From: Candidatus Latescibacterota bacterium
GTDB taxonomy: Bacteria > Latescibacterota > UBA2968 > UBA8231
NCBI GenBank assembly: GCA_965208105.1
Contig: OZ242318.1
Location: 4,672,001-4,736,000, forward strand
Direction of reading: 5' to 3'
Length of the DNA stretch: 64,000 nt
Within the stretch, counting starts at the first letter, position 1. Every line of letters starts with the position of its first letter. A program made the position numbers and the translations under genes. Below, one piece after another: positions 9,494 through 19,000 of this stretch. The notes below the pieces were generated by a model, which saw only the letters and a list, made by a program, of their open reading frames with translations, did not search any database and was not told the origin of the DNA.

Positions 9494-11669
9494 CTTCCAG
9501 ATTTTCGGGGTTGCTCCTCAGACCATCCCCGGTTTCCTCCAGTCCACCTGTCTCACCTCGCAAGCGCTGCATCAAGGTCGTGTAGCGCAATGCCACTGCA
9601 TCGTTTTCCACAGCCAGGTTGAGCGCCTTTTGGGTTCCAACCACCACGATCATCTCTTTTGCCCGCGTGAATGCGGTATATAGAAGGTTGCGCTGCAACA
9701 TCACATAGTGCTGCGTAGTCAGCGGCATGACCACCACTGGAAACTCTGAACCCTGTGCCCTGTGAGTGCTGATCGCGTAGGCCAGGGTCATTTCGTCCAG
9801 TTCGGCAAAATCGTAGCTCAGAGAACTGTCAAATTTTATCCTCATCTGCTGTTCATCCATGTCCAACCCGGCGATTATTCCCGTATCGCCGTTGAAAACT
9901 CCCTTGTCGTAGTTGTTCTTGACCTGCATCACTTTGTCTCCCACCCGAAGCTCCACGCCGCCATGATTGTAGGACTGACCATGGGGGTTGAGACGCTGTT
10001 GGAGGCGCAAGTTCAAATTGACAGCCCCGGTCTCACCACGGTACATGGGGGTAATCACCTGAATGTCGCGCATGGGGTCATGGCCGCGGCCCGGCAACCG
10101 GCGGGCGCACAAATCCTCGATCAGTTCCGCGGACCGGGCGGGGTCTTCCTCTTCCAGGAAGAAAAAGTCCGATGCCTCCCTGTTGCTGATTGAGGGCGGC
10201 TCTCCGCGGTTTACCCGGTGAGCGTTGAGAACAATCTGGCTCTCCCGGGCCTGCCGGAAGATTTCTGTCAATCGCACCACTGGCACGGTTCCGGAGGCGA
10301 TAATGTCCCTGAGCACGTTGCCCGGACCCACCGAGGGCAGCTGGTCTATGTCTCCAACAATCACCAGATGGGCGGTATCGGGAATGGCCTGCAGCAGAGA
10401 GTGCATCAAGGCTACGTCGATCATGGAGGCTTCGTCGACTATCAGAGCATCCACCTCCAGACGGTTGTCGTAGTTCTTTCGGAATGCTCTCTCGGCGGGG
10501 ATGAACTCGAGGAGGCGGTGGATGGTCCTGGCCTCCCTGCCCGTGGCCTCGGCCAGGCGCTTGGCCGCCCTACCAGTAGGCGAGCACAGGGCGACCTCAA
10601 GGCCTTTGGACTCGAACAAGGCGAGGATTTCTCTTGTTATGGTGGTCTTTCCCGTGCCCGGGCCACCAGTCAGCACGATTACCTTTTTCCTGGCCGCCAG
10701 GCCTATGGCCTCCCACTGGCTGGGAGACAATTGCAGGCCTTCTCCACTACCGGTGTGGCGGGGGGAATCGAGCTTGACCGCGGCCGGTGTCCGCAGCAGG
10801 CGCTTGAGGGAGGAGGCCAATCCTACCTCGGCGTAGTAGAGCGGTGGCAGGTAATAGCGCAAGTCCTCTTTGGAGATTCCGTCGTCGGCTCGCAGGGTTT
10901 CCAGTGCGGGAGGAAAGAGTTCCGCGTTGACCCCCAGAATGTCCTTGCACTGTTGCATCAGGACCTCAACCGGCAGAAATACGTGGCCTTCCTCGGATCC
11001 CCGGACGAGCAGGTATCGCATTCCCGCCTGAATCCTCTCCGGGGCGTCCGCGGCCAGACCCATGTTCCTGGCGATCCGGTCGGCGATCCGGAAGCCGATT
11101 CCAACAATATCGCGCTCCAGGCGGTATGGATTCTCCCGAACCCGTTGGATCGCTTCCTGGCCGTACTGTTTGAATATCTTGACTGCATAGCCGGTGGTGA
11201 TCCCATGCGACTGCAGAAAAACCATCACGTCCTTGATCCGGCGCTGGTCTTTCCAGGCCCGTGCGATCAGGTCCACCCGGCTTTTGCCCAGTTTGTCAAC
11301 CTCGAGAAGGCGGTATGGGTCGGCATCGATGATCTCCAGGGTCTGGGCGCCGAAATGCGCCACGATGCGCCTGGCGGAAACGGGTCCTATGCCCTTGATC
11401 AGGCCTGATCCCAGGTACTTCTGAATGCCTTCAAGAGTCGAGGGGTGGACCTGCCTGTAGCTCTCGATTTTGAATTGGCGGCCGTACTTTGGATGGCTTA
11501 CCCAATCTCCATCTACTTCGATGGTCTCCCCTTCCTTGAGGGCCGCCACCGAGCCCACCACGGTAATCCGTTCCCGCTTGCCCTCGGGTACAAGGCGAGC
11601 GATCATGTACCCGCTTTCCTCGTTGAAATAGGTAATCAGGTCAATACAGCCCTTGATGGATTCGCTCAT
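9474..11669 (-). CDS. recD2: ATP-dependent RecD-like DNA helicase RecD2
   Basis: HPKYGRQF, KGIGP HhH, Walker A GGPGTGKT, VDEASM, GDIDQLPSVGPG, AYAISTHRAQGSEF. Confidence 0.93.
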   Translation of the reverse strand: MSESIKGCIDLITYFNEESGYMIARLVPEGKRERITVVGSVAALKEGETIEVDGDWVSHPKYGRQFKIESYRQVHPSTLEGIQKYLGSGLIKGIGPVSARRIVAHFGAQTLEIIDADPYRLLEVDKLGKSRVDLIARAWKDQRRIKDVMVFLQSHGITTGYAVKIFKQYGQEAIQRVRENPYRLERDIVGIGFRIADRIARNMGLAADAPERIQAGMRYLLVRGSEEGHVFLPVEVLMQQCKDILGVNAELFPPALETLRADDGISKEDLRYYLPPLYYAEVGLASSLKRLLRTPAAVKLDSPRHTGSGEGLQLSPSQWEAIGLAARKKVIVLTGGPGTGKTTITREILALFESKGLEVALCSPTGRAAKRLAEATGREARTIHRLLEFIPAERAFRKNYDNRLEVDALIVDEASMIDVALMHSLLQAIPDTAHLVIVGDIDQLPSVGPGNVLRDIIASGTVPVVRLTEIFRQARESQIVLNAHRVNRGEPPSISNREASDFFFLEEEDPARSAELIEDLCARRLPGRGHDPMRDIQVITPMYRGETGAVNLNLRLQQRLNPHGQSYNHGGVELRVGDKVMQVKNNYDKGVFNGDTGIIAGLDMDEQQMRIKFDSSLSYDFAELDEMTLAYAISTHRAQGSEFPVVVMPLTTQHYVMLQRNLLYTAFTRAKEMIVVVGTQKALNLAVENDAVALRYTTLMQRLRGETGGLEETGDGLRSNPENLEVTAADA

Positions 11670-11699
11670 CGGTTTCCTGGGGATTTTTACAATGAAAAT

Positions 11700-12302
11700 T
11701 CAGGCCGAGAAGATTCCTTCAATCCACAGGGTCAGCCCCAGAATCAATCCCGTCGCCACCCCACCCAAAAGGGCTCCCGCCGCCACCTGTGCAGCAGTAT
11801 GGTAGCCGAGGCGCAGGCGGGCCCATGCCACCAGCGGCAGTGCCGGGGCAAGCGGCCACATGCCCGTTCCTCCGGCAAGCCAGAGGATCAGGAGTCCACC
11901 TCCCACTCCCGTTGCATGGATGCTGATCTTCCAATGTCTGTTGATCATCCATACCAGAAACGTGTTGCAGAAGAACGCACATCCCGCACCGATCAGGAGA
12001 CCAGGTGCGCCTAGCAGGAACAGCAATAAACACCCGAGGAAGTAGCAGATTGCTCCCAGCAGCAGCAGCCGCCCTCTTTGATTCCCATCACTTGGGTAGA
12101 GGTGGTCAATGTAGCCGGTTCGCCGCAGACGTACCAGTATGATTCCGGGAAGGATGGAAAAGAGCAGTACTCCCGCGCTACCCGCCGTCCATGCAGCTTT
12201 ATCAAGCCAGGTCAAGCCTGCGAACACCACCAGCCCGACCATGGATGGATTCAACGCGTGGGAAATCAGGTGGGCCAGTTTGTCGAGTCGATGGGGATGC
12301 AT
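11700..12302 (-). CDS. PAP2-superfamily membrane protein
   Basis: About 6 TM segments; WKISIH and WARLRLGYHT PAP2-like motifs. Confidence 0.7.
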   Translation of the reverse strand: MHPHRLDKLAHLISHALNPSMVGLVVFAGLTWLDKAAWTAGSAGVLLFSILPGIILVRLRRTGYIDHLYPSDGNQRGRLLLLGAICYFLGCLLLFLLGAPGLLIGAGCAFFCNTFLVWMINRHWKISIHATGVGGGLLILWLAGGTGMWPLAPALPLVAWARLRLGYHTAAQVAAGALLGGVATGLILGLTLWIEGIFSA

Positions 12303-12308
12303 CCCCTC

Positions 12309-12737
12309 TCACCTGGACCATTTCTTCCCGCTGGCTGTCCCCTTGTCCACCGCTTTCTTCTGACCGTCGAGGAGAAACCCGACAAACCGTTTCTCTCCCA
12401 AGGTCTTGAGGTAGGACAACAGTGAAACTTCGGCTTCCTTGCGGTTGAGTTGGTATTTCTTGCCCAGGGACTCGATCATCTTGCCGACCGGGGTGCGGCC
12501 GTTGCACATCTGCCAGACCTCGGTGCCCACTTCATCCAGGGTGATCTTTCGCTCTTTGGGGATATAGAAGACTTTGGAGAGAATGCGGACTTTCCAGGTG
12601 TCCTGACGGCGTATCGTGATCTGCACTTCGCCGTCTTCGTTGGCTTCCCAATCTAGCGCCTCATTGCGTGCCGGCCGTGAAGCCAGCATGGCTTCGCGGC
12701 TCAGCTTCGGTTTTCTTTTCGTGGCAAAAATACCCAT
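12309..12737 (-). CDS. PqqD-family (RiPP recognition element-like) protein
   Basis: ITLDEVGTEVWQMCNGRTPVGKMIESL...LLSYLKTLGEKRFV winged-helix PqqD signature. Confidence 0.8.
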   Translation of the reverse strand: MGIFATKRKPKLSREAMLASRPARNEALDWEANEDGEVQITIRRQDTWKVRILSKVFYIPKERKITLDEVGTEVWQMCNGRTPVGKMIESLGKKYQLNRKEAEVSLLSYLKTLGEKRFVGFLLDGQKKAVDKGTASGKKWSR

Positions 12738-13671
12738 TGATCACCTTTTGGACTAGATCGCCGGCTTTGTCTTTTTTGCGGTACAGGTGGTCGACAATAC
12801 AGATTTTATTGGCCTGCTCGCAGTGCCAGACTCTGCTGTCCAGGTACTGACGGGGGCGAGGATTGATAAGCGGCAGTGGCCGCAGAAGCTGGCGCCAGCG
12901 ACTCCGCGGCCGTCCCTCCACCCGCAGACCTTCATGCGAAGCCACCTCCTCTGCAGCGACGTCATAATTGAAGTCGCGCAACTGTTTTTTAAAGAAACTT
13001 GGATACCAGTCAATGAGGGTGGTGTGCTTGAGCAGCATGGCGGCCATGCTCAGGCGCTGGACCCGGCACACTTGCTTCCCCCGCTCGAAGGACAGCTGGA
13101 TGTGGCCCGACTTCAACTCGTGCCCATTGAGCTTGAAGTCGACCGGCGTGAAGAATTTCAGTCCATAAATACTCCAGAAAAGATGATCGTTGCGGGGGTG
13201 GTCCTGCAGCGAACGCAATACGGTTCCGACCACCTCCTCAATATTCTCGCGTGGCTTGCAGAGGAGGCGAACGAGAACGACCCGGCCGCAGTCCCTGCAG
13301 GCTCGGGCCAGATTGTAGGCGCGGAAGTCAGCATCCCAGGTGAAGGTCTCGTAATCGCTTTCCTCCAGCCAGGTCTTGTCTCTGAGGAACCTGGCGCGGC
13401 GCTTGATGGAAAAGGAGGTGCCTTCTTTTCTGGCTTTTTTCTCCAAGCTCTCGGCGTATCGGTCGACGATCTCGGAGACCCCCAGACTTCCCCTTGCCTT
13501 CCCTTTGCCCTCGCGCCATTCGATCTCGGCGCGCACGATCTCGGCATCGTCGAGGCGCGCGTAGCCGCTCTTGTAGTCCCCGCTTACCCTTCCAAGGTTC
13601 CAGTCCTCGGGAACCCGCAGATAGATTCCCTGCCAGCCGAAGTCCGCCCACTTTGTCGGTGCAAGGGTCAT
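12661..13671 (-). CDS. Conserved hypothetical protein with two similar halves
   Basis: Long ORF closely coupled to the OPT-like gene; halves begin FGWQGIYLRVPEDW and FWSIYGLKFFTPVDF. Confidence 0.7.
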   Translation of the reverse strand: MTLAPTKWADFGWQGIYLRVPEDWNLGRVSGDYKSGYARLDDAEIVRAEIEWREGKGKARGSLGVSEIVDRYAESLEKKARKEGTSFSIKRRARFLRDKTWLEESDYETFTWDADFRAYNLARACRDCGRVVLVRLLCKPRENIEEVVGTVLRSLQDHPRNDHLFWSIYGLKFFTPVDFKLNGHELKSGHIQLSFERGKQVCRVQRLSMAAMLLKHTTLIDWYPSFFKKQLRDFNYDVAAEEVASHEGLRVEGRPRSRWRQLLRPLPLINPRPRQYLDSRVWHCEQANKICIVDHLYRKKDKAGDLVQKVINGYFCHEKKTEAEPRSHAGFTAGTQ

Positions 13672-13675
13672 GGAC

Positions 13676-16075
13676 CTAAAAGATCAGCACCGACACGGAC
13701 TTCTGGATCAGCGCCACGGCAATGGAAGCCATGCCCATCAGCGCCATGCCGCAGGCAAATCCCACCGCCAGGATCGGGGCGTACTGGCGCCATTGCTTTT
13801 TGCCGTACTTGTTCCAGAAATAGTAGCGGGCAAGCAGGGCCCCGACCATCTCGGTGACGAAGAAGTGGGGGATATGCGTCAATGCCCGGACGTATCCGAA
13901 AACCAGCAGGATTGGCAGGCCGAATATGGACAGGAGAACATAGGAGACCAATCCGATACCCACGCCGAGAATGATGATATCGCGCTTCATGGCGCGGAAG
14001 AGCCAGGGCTCGTCGGTAGAGCGTTGGATCCACGGGCTGGTGAATTGGGGATCGGTGTCTACTTCGAAGTAATAGATCCAGCCCTCGGGCACGGTTTCCA
14101 GGGAGAGGACCCGGAGTGTGGGTTTGGGACTGCGCATGATTTCCTGGTCAGCTGCCGGCGCAACTGCCTTTATCGGGGGTCCGGTCGACGGGGCGAGAAT
14201 CTCCTGCGCCATGGCTCCGGCGGGCCGCTCGGGGATCACATCGGGCTGGCCTTCGGCGAAGTAAGTGAAAAAAGCCCGTTTCTCCGTCCAGGGGCCGGCC
14301 TCCCCGCGCTTGCCGGTGCTGTCCAGCCATTCCCGGTCGACCAGACGGGCGCGCCAGTACCACCACTCGTTGGCAGTCAGGTTGGCGGGCGTCCAGGCAA
14401 TGTCCTTTCCGTCCCGGGAGATCTCCAGGTGGCTGCGCATCGTCCCGGTGTACCAGATGCACAACTGGTATGCCCGCAGGCGCCAGATCAGCTGGGCGTA
14501 AGGGTAGGAAGCCGATGGCACCGGAGCCAGTTTCCAGATATAGGACCCGTAGAGGAAGGTGGCTCCCAGGACAATGGGAATCATGAACATTTCGGCCTTG
14601 ATGATGCTCGTGAACCTGGTTCCGGTCAACTCGATTTCGCGGAACTTCTGGGTCATGGCGCCGTAATTGCCCAGGGGAAAGGGAATGAACCAGATGCTCA
14701 CCCCCTGGTACCCGGAGAGAATTATCGTGGCTTCGCGCACGAAGGGAATCTCAACCGTCTGTCCAACCATCCCCACCAGGCGGGCGTTGACGAAGGATTG
14801 AAAGGGTGTGAAGATGAACCCGAAAAACAGAAAGAACCAGATAAAGTGGCTGAACTCGGGCAGGAGGGCCCAGGCAATCGCGATGAGGCCGGCGGTTCCG
14901 GCAATATAGAAGCTCAGCGCAACCCATATCGGGAAGTCTCCACGGCCCTCGGGGGCTTTGAAGCTGCGCTCCCGTCCCTGGGCCTTTTCAAGGGACGCGG
15001 TGCGCAAACTTTGAACAACCTGATAGACTCCGATCAGGGCGATGGCGATAGTGGTTCCGATGCCGAAGCTCATCCAGAAGTCCACCTGATTGACAAAGAA
15101 GGTATCTACCGTACCCATGCCTGGCTGCCACGTGGACAGATATCCCGCCTCGTAGAGAAAGGGATTTACAATGGAATGTACCACCACCCCGAGGAAGGTC
15201 CCCATCACCGCCCAGAAGGGCATTACCAGCCCGGTGAAGATGGGGCCGAGATGGGCGGTGAATCCCAGCGGAGTGGCGGGGATGAAATTCCCGGTTACCT
15301 GGGTGAAGTCGACGAAGGGAATGGGGATCAGCTGAATGGGCTCGGTCAGCAGAGCGCCGCTGATGGCCGGAATGGCCACGTATATGGCGCCGAATACGAG
15401 ACCGATCATGGCGCCTGCGGAGAACACCCGCCAGCGCCAGCTTTCCAGTCCCTGGGTGGTCTCGGCCAGCGCCGTGGCCCCCTGTGCGGCCACGGGTGCA
15501 AATGGGAACGGCAAGCGCTCATAGTCGGAGTTGACCCGAAACAGGATGTAGGCCATGGTAAACCACAGGACCCGCGAGATTACCATGCCGGCGATCATCA
15601 GCGCGATGGGCACTGCCCAATCGCGGTGGAAGAAGGTGCGCAGCACCAGGGCTTCCGAATCGTAGGAAGGGGCCCACCAGGTAGGGATCAGTTTCGTGAG
15701 TCCGAATTGCTTGGCCGCGGGAGACTGCACCAGGTACTGGTTCCAAAGAAGTCCCTCGAAGACCCCGGTCTCGGCGGCGATCAGGCCTGCCGCCACGTAG
15801 TAGAGGAGGTAGACTTCCTGGCGCCTGAGGGTGGTGAACGAGCGCTTGATGACCTCGGCGAAGAGGATGATCGTGACCCATTCGGCCGCTGCCCCGAGTG
15901 AGCCTCCGACCATGAGACTGAGGTACATGTTCCCGGGGATCATGACGAAGGCCACGAACAGAACCCCGAGAACTGCCTTGATGGTAAACCCCTCCTCGAA
16001 TTGAGACGGGGTTTCCATCAAGTCGCGGTATTCTTCAATCTCTTCGTTTGGGTTGGTCTTCTTGCGTCCGAGCAC
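13676..16075 (-). CDS. OPT/YSL-like oligopeptide transporter with inserted soluble Ig/FN3-like domain
   Basis: GTG after GGGAGGAG; more than 12 TM segments; EEGFT..A, WVTIILFAE, ERLPFPFAP resemble the OPT N-terminal region. Confidence 0.7.
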   Translation of the reverse strand: MLGRKKTNPNEEIEEYRDLMETPSQFEEGFTIKAVLGVLFVAFVMIPGNMYLSLMVGGSLGAAAEWVTIILFAEVIKRSFTTLRRQEVYLLYYVAAGLIAAETGVFEGLLWNQYLVQSPAAKQFGLTKLIPTWWAPSYDSEALVLRTFFHRDWAVPIALMIAGMVISRVLWFTMAYILFRVNSDYERLPFPFAPVAAQGATALAETTQGLESWRWRVFSAGAMIGLVFGAIYVAIPAISGALLTEPIQLIPIPFVDFTQVTGNFIPATPLGFTAHLGPIFTGLVMPFWAVMGTFLGVVVHSIVNPFLYEAGYLSTWQPGMGTVDTFFVNQVDFWMSFGIGTTIAIALIGVYQVVQSLRTASLEKAQGRERSFKAPEGRGDFPIWVALSFYIAGTAGLIAIAWALLPEFSHFIWFFLFFGFIFTPFQSFVNARLVGMVGQTVEIPFVREATIILSGYQGVSIWFIPFPLGNYGAMTQKFREIELTGTRFTSIIKAEMFMIPIVLGATFLYGSYIWKLAPVPSASYPYAQLIWRLRAYQLCIWYTGTMRSHLEISRDGKDIAWTPANLTANEWWYWRARLVDREWLDSTGKRGEAGPWTEKRAFFTYFAEGQPDVIPERPAGAMAQEILAPSTGPPIKAVAPAADQEIMRSPKPTLRVLSLETVPEGWIYYFEVDTDPQFTSPWIQRSTDEPWLFRAMKRDIIILGVGIGLVSYVLLSIFGLPILLVFGYVRALTHIPHFFVTEMVGALLARYYFWNKYGKKQWRQYAPILAVGFACGMALMGMASIAVALIQKSVSVLIF

Positions 16076-16097
16076 GGGACGGCTCCTCCCTTTCCCT

Positions 16098-19000
16098 TTA
16101 TGCTGTTATCTCGGTGCGTTCGCCTGCCAGGATCTGCCCGCCCTGCTCCCTGTAATTTTCCTTGGCCTCGGCATCCACAGTGCGCCAGATTAGAAACTGT
16201 TTGCGGATTACGTTCATGAAACGCTGGTTCACCCGGCGCCAGGAGGCATCCTCGCCGCTGAGGCGTTTGATCTTCAGGGTGATGGTGTAGATTTGGTGTT
16301 CGGACTCAGGGGTGGCGTGGAACACCACGTTCTGGCTCACTCCCAGGTCGAAGGGAGCCAACCAGATATTCATGTCGATGATGTAGCCTTCCCCGTCATC
16401 GGTTTCGAAACGCCGCAGATTGGCGCCATCGGTGTAGAAGGTGCCGATGGATTCCTCGCTGTAGGAGTCGAAGTAGCCGATGAGAAAGACGCAAAGCCCC
16501 AGCACCTCGTGGCCGCTGACCGTGAATGGAAAGTCGAAGTTCCACTGGTCTCCCTGGGGAGGAGGAAGTTTCCACCTACGGGTCACGTCCGGGACCGCCA
16601 TCTGGGAGGCCTTGCGGGCGGGATAGATAGTCGACAGCATGACCACGACCATCACCAGTATACAGGATGTAACCGCTGCCAGGGAAGAGTAGTTGAGGGT
16701 AAAGCCGGACAGCAGGTCCAGCACTATGAGCCCCTTGGCGATCATTTGTCCTGCGAGGTATCCGGCCACCACCCCGAGGACCGAATATACGCAGGACTCG
16801 GCAATGAAGAGCCATGAGATGTGCCGGGGAGCCAATCCCACCGAGGAGTAGATGCCGATCTCGCGGAATCGTTCGTAGACGCTGCCCATCATGGTATTGA
16901 GGACGATGAGCGATGCGATCAGGATGGGGATGAACAGGTTGGCCAGGCCGGAAAACGAGGTCAGCCCGAGGGAGCTGTAGATCGACACTTTGATATACTC
17001 GTCCCCTTCTTCCCTGATCCCGGCGAACAGGGTGACGGCCAGACGGGATATGAACTCCTCGATCTCCCTGCGCTCGTCTATCCCTTCGTGGAAGCGAACC
17101 GCCACCGATTGCAGCGGGTTGCCGCTTCCCACGTTGCGGAGGGTGTGGTAGGGGGTGATGAGAATGTTGGCCGGCTCCAGGTGGACGAACGGCTTGATTA
17201 TCACCTTGGCATCTTCCAGCCCCTGCTTTTCGCGCTCTTCCTCCTCCTCGATCTCCTGTACGGCCTGCCCCCCGGTTACGGCGAAGTCGGCCGGGGTCAT
17301 GATCTCGTCGTCCAGGTCCTTGAGATCCTTCATGCGCTTGGAGTCGATGACCCCGATCACGGTGAAGTGTTCGCCGAAGACGCGCACTCGTGCGCTTCCC
17401 ACATCGGCCAAATCCAGGTTCAGGTTGTCCGCTCCTATCATGTCGTTTGGCAGGATGCACACGTTCTCTTCGCCGGGTCGAAACCACCTGCCCGCCACCA
17501 ATGCCCGATCCATTCCGGTAACTTCCTGTTCAGTGGGAGTCAATCCCAGAACTCCCAGGGCGTTGTGGGAGCGGGACCCGTGCTTGATCTTTATGTGGGC
17601 TTTCTCCTTGTTGGTATACCAGCTCCGTGGTGCGATGGCCGCGATTTCGTGGAAGTTGCTGTTGGCGTATTCCAGAACCGATTCTTCCAGGGGAAGCCAG
17701 GCTTTGCTGCGTATCAGGAGTCCTTCATAGAGCCCCTCGTTATCGCGTTCGATCTGGTTGAAGCGCAGACCGGTTTTGATGGAGGTGAAGGAGAGTACGG
17801 TGAATGTGAGAAGAAGAAGGGTGGCAAAGGTTAGGGCGGTTCGCGTCTTGCGGCGTTTCATGTTGGAAATACCCAGTTGAAACGCGGTCATCGAGGCGCT
17901 GGAGCGGCTCACGTCGGTATCGTGAATGACGGCCACTTCGGTTCGCAGCTTCTTCATCTGCTCGTTGAATCGGCCGGAAATTATCCACATTACCAGGACT
18001 GCCAGGGCGAGAATCACGAATGCGAGCAGGATAACGAAAGGGTTGGAAAGCTGGAAGGCGGGATGCACTTGCCAGAGGATTATCCAGATCACCAGGAAAA
18101 CCCCGACGAATCCGAGGATTTGGTTCTTTATGGTGGCGGCGGTGATAAGGAGGCGTTCGGCGAAAAAAGCGCAGGGGATGACCAGGGCCATGAAGAAGAT
18201 GATTCCCTGGATGACATCGTTTTGGGTCGATTTTACGTCCGGATAAGCGCGAGATTCAAGGCCGATGGCGGAGCGGGTATGGCGCACGAAGTCGCTCCAT
18301 TTCTTCTGTCCCAGGGCCGCCTCCGCGGCATCGAGCTCCACCTTGGCGCGGCCATGAAGGTTGTTGAGCCGCTGGTTTTCAATTGCGAAACTCTTGAGCT
18401 CCGCCATCCGCGCTTCATCCAGGTTCCACATGTCCCTTGCGGTCAGGAACGAAGTCCTGGCAAAGGAAGTCTCGGAGTCGATGGCGAAGCCGGCGCCCTC
18501 GGCGGCGTCGATGTCCATGTGGGTCCCGGCATTCAGCAGCAGGGAGCGAAAGCCCAGGATGCTTGCCCCGAAGCCCATCTTTACCTGAGTTCCGGGACGC
18601 GCGAAGAGCACCCCGACGGGCTCGTCCTTGGACGAGGGTCCCTCCCCGATGGTGTAGCCGTATTCAACCGGGGCGCTGTTGCTCTCGTCGAAAACGCTGA
18701 CCGTGGACAACTTGGTCAGATAGCGGGGATCGACAATGTCGTAGAAATTGTAGGCCTCGCAGGGGAAGAGGATCACCATCCACTCTTTGTCGCGCCAATC
18801 CATTTCGATCAGCATGGGGTAGGTCTCGTCGCCCTGCACGCCGCGGTCGGGAGCGTAGGTGATTTTTCCCGTGATCGGATCCATGTAATAGCCTTCGATC
18901 TGCAGGTTCTTGACGCGAATCCGATTGACGTAGAAGGTTCCGTTTTCGTCCACTGTTTCGAAGTACTCGCCGCGCACCCCCTTGTAGGATTTTTTCTTGC

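Noticed and set aside
12309-12737. PqqD protein as the RRE for the 43340 precursor
   Set aside because: 30 kb apart, different base composition and a separate operon; no sequence evidence of a link
13670-15901. 743-aa plus-strand ORF (and similar long antisense ORFs at 4959-6578, 17877-19586, 22783-24222)
   Set aside because: Shadow frames opposite well-supported genes in GC-rich DNA; no motifs
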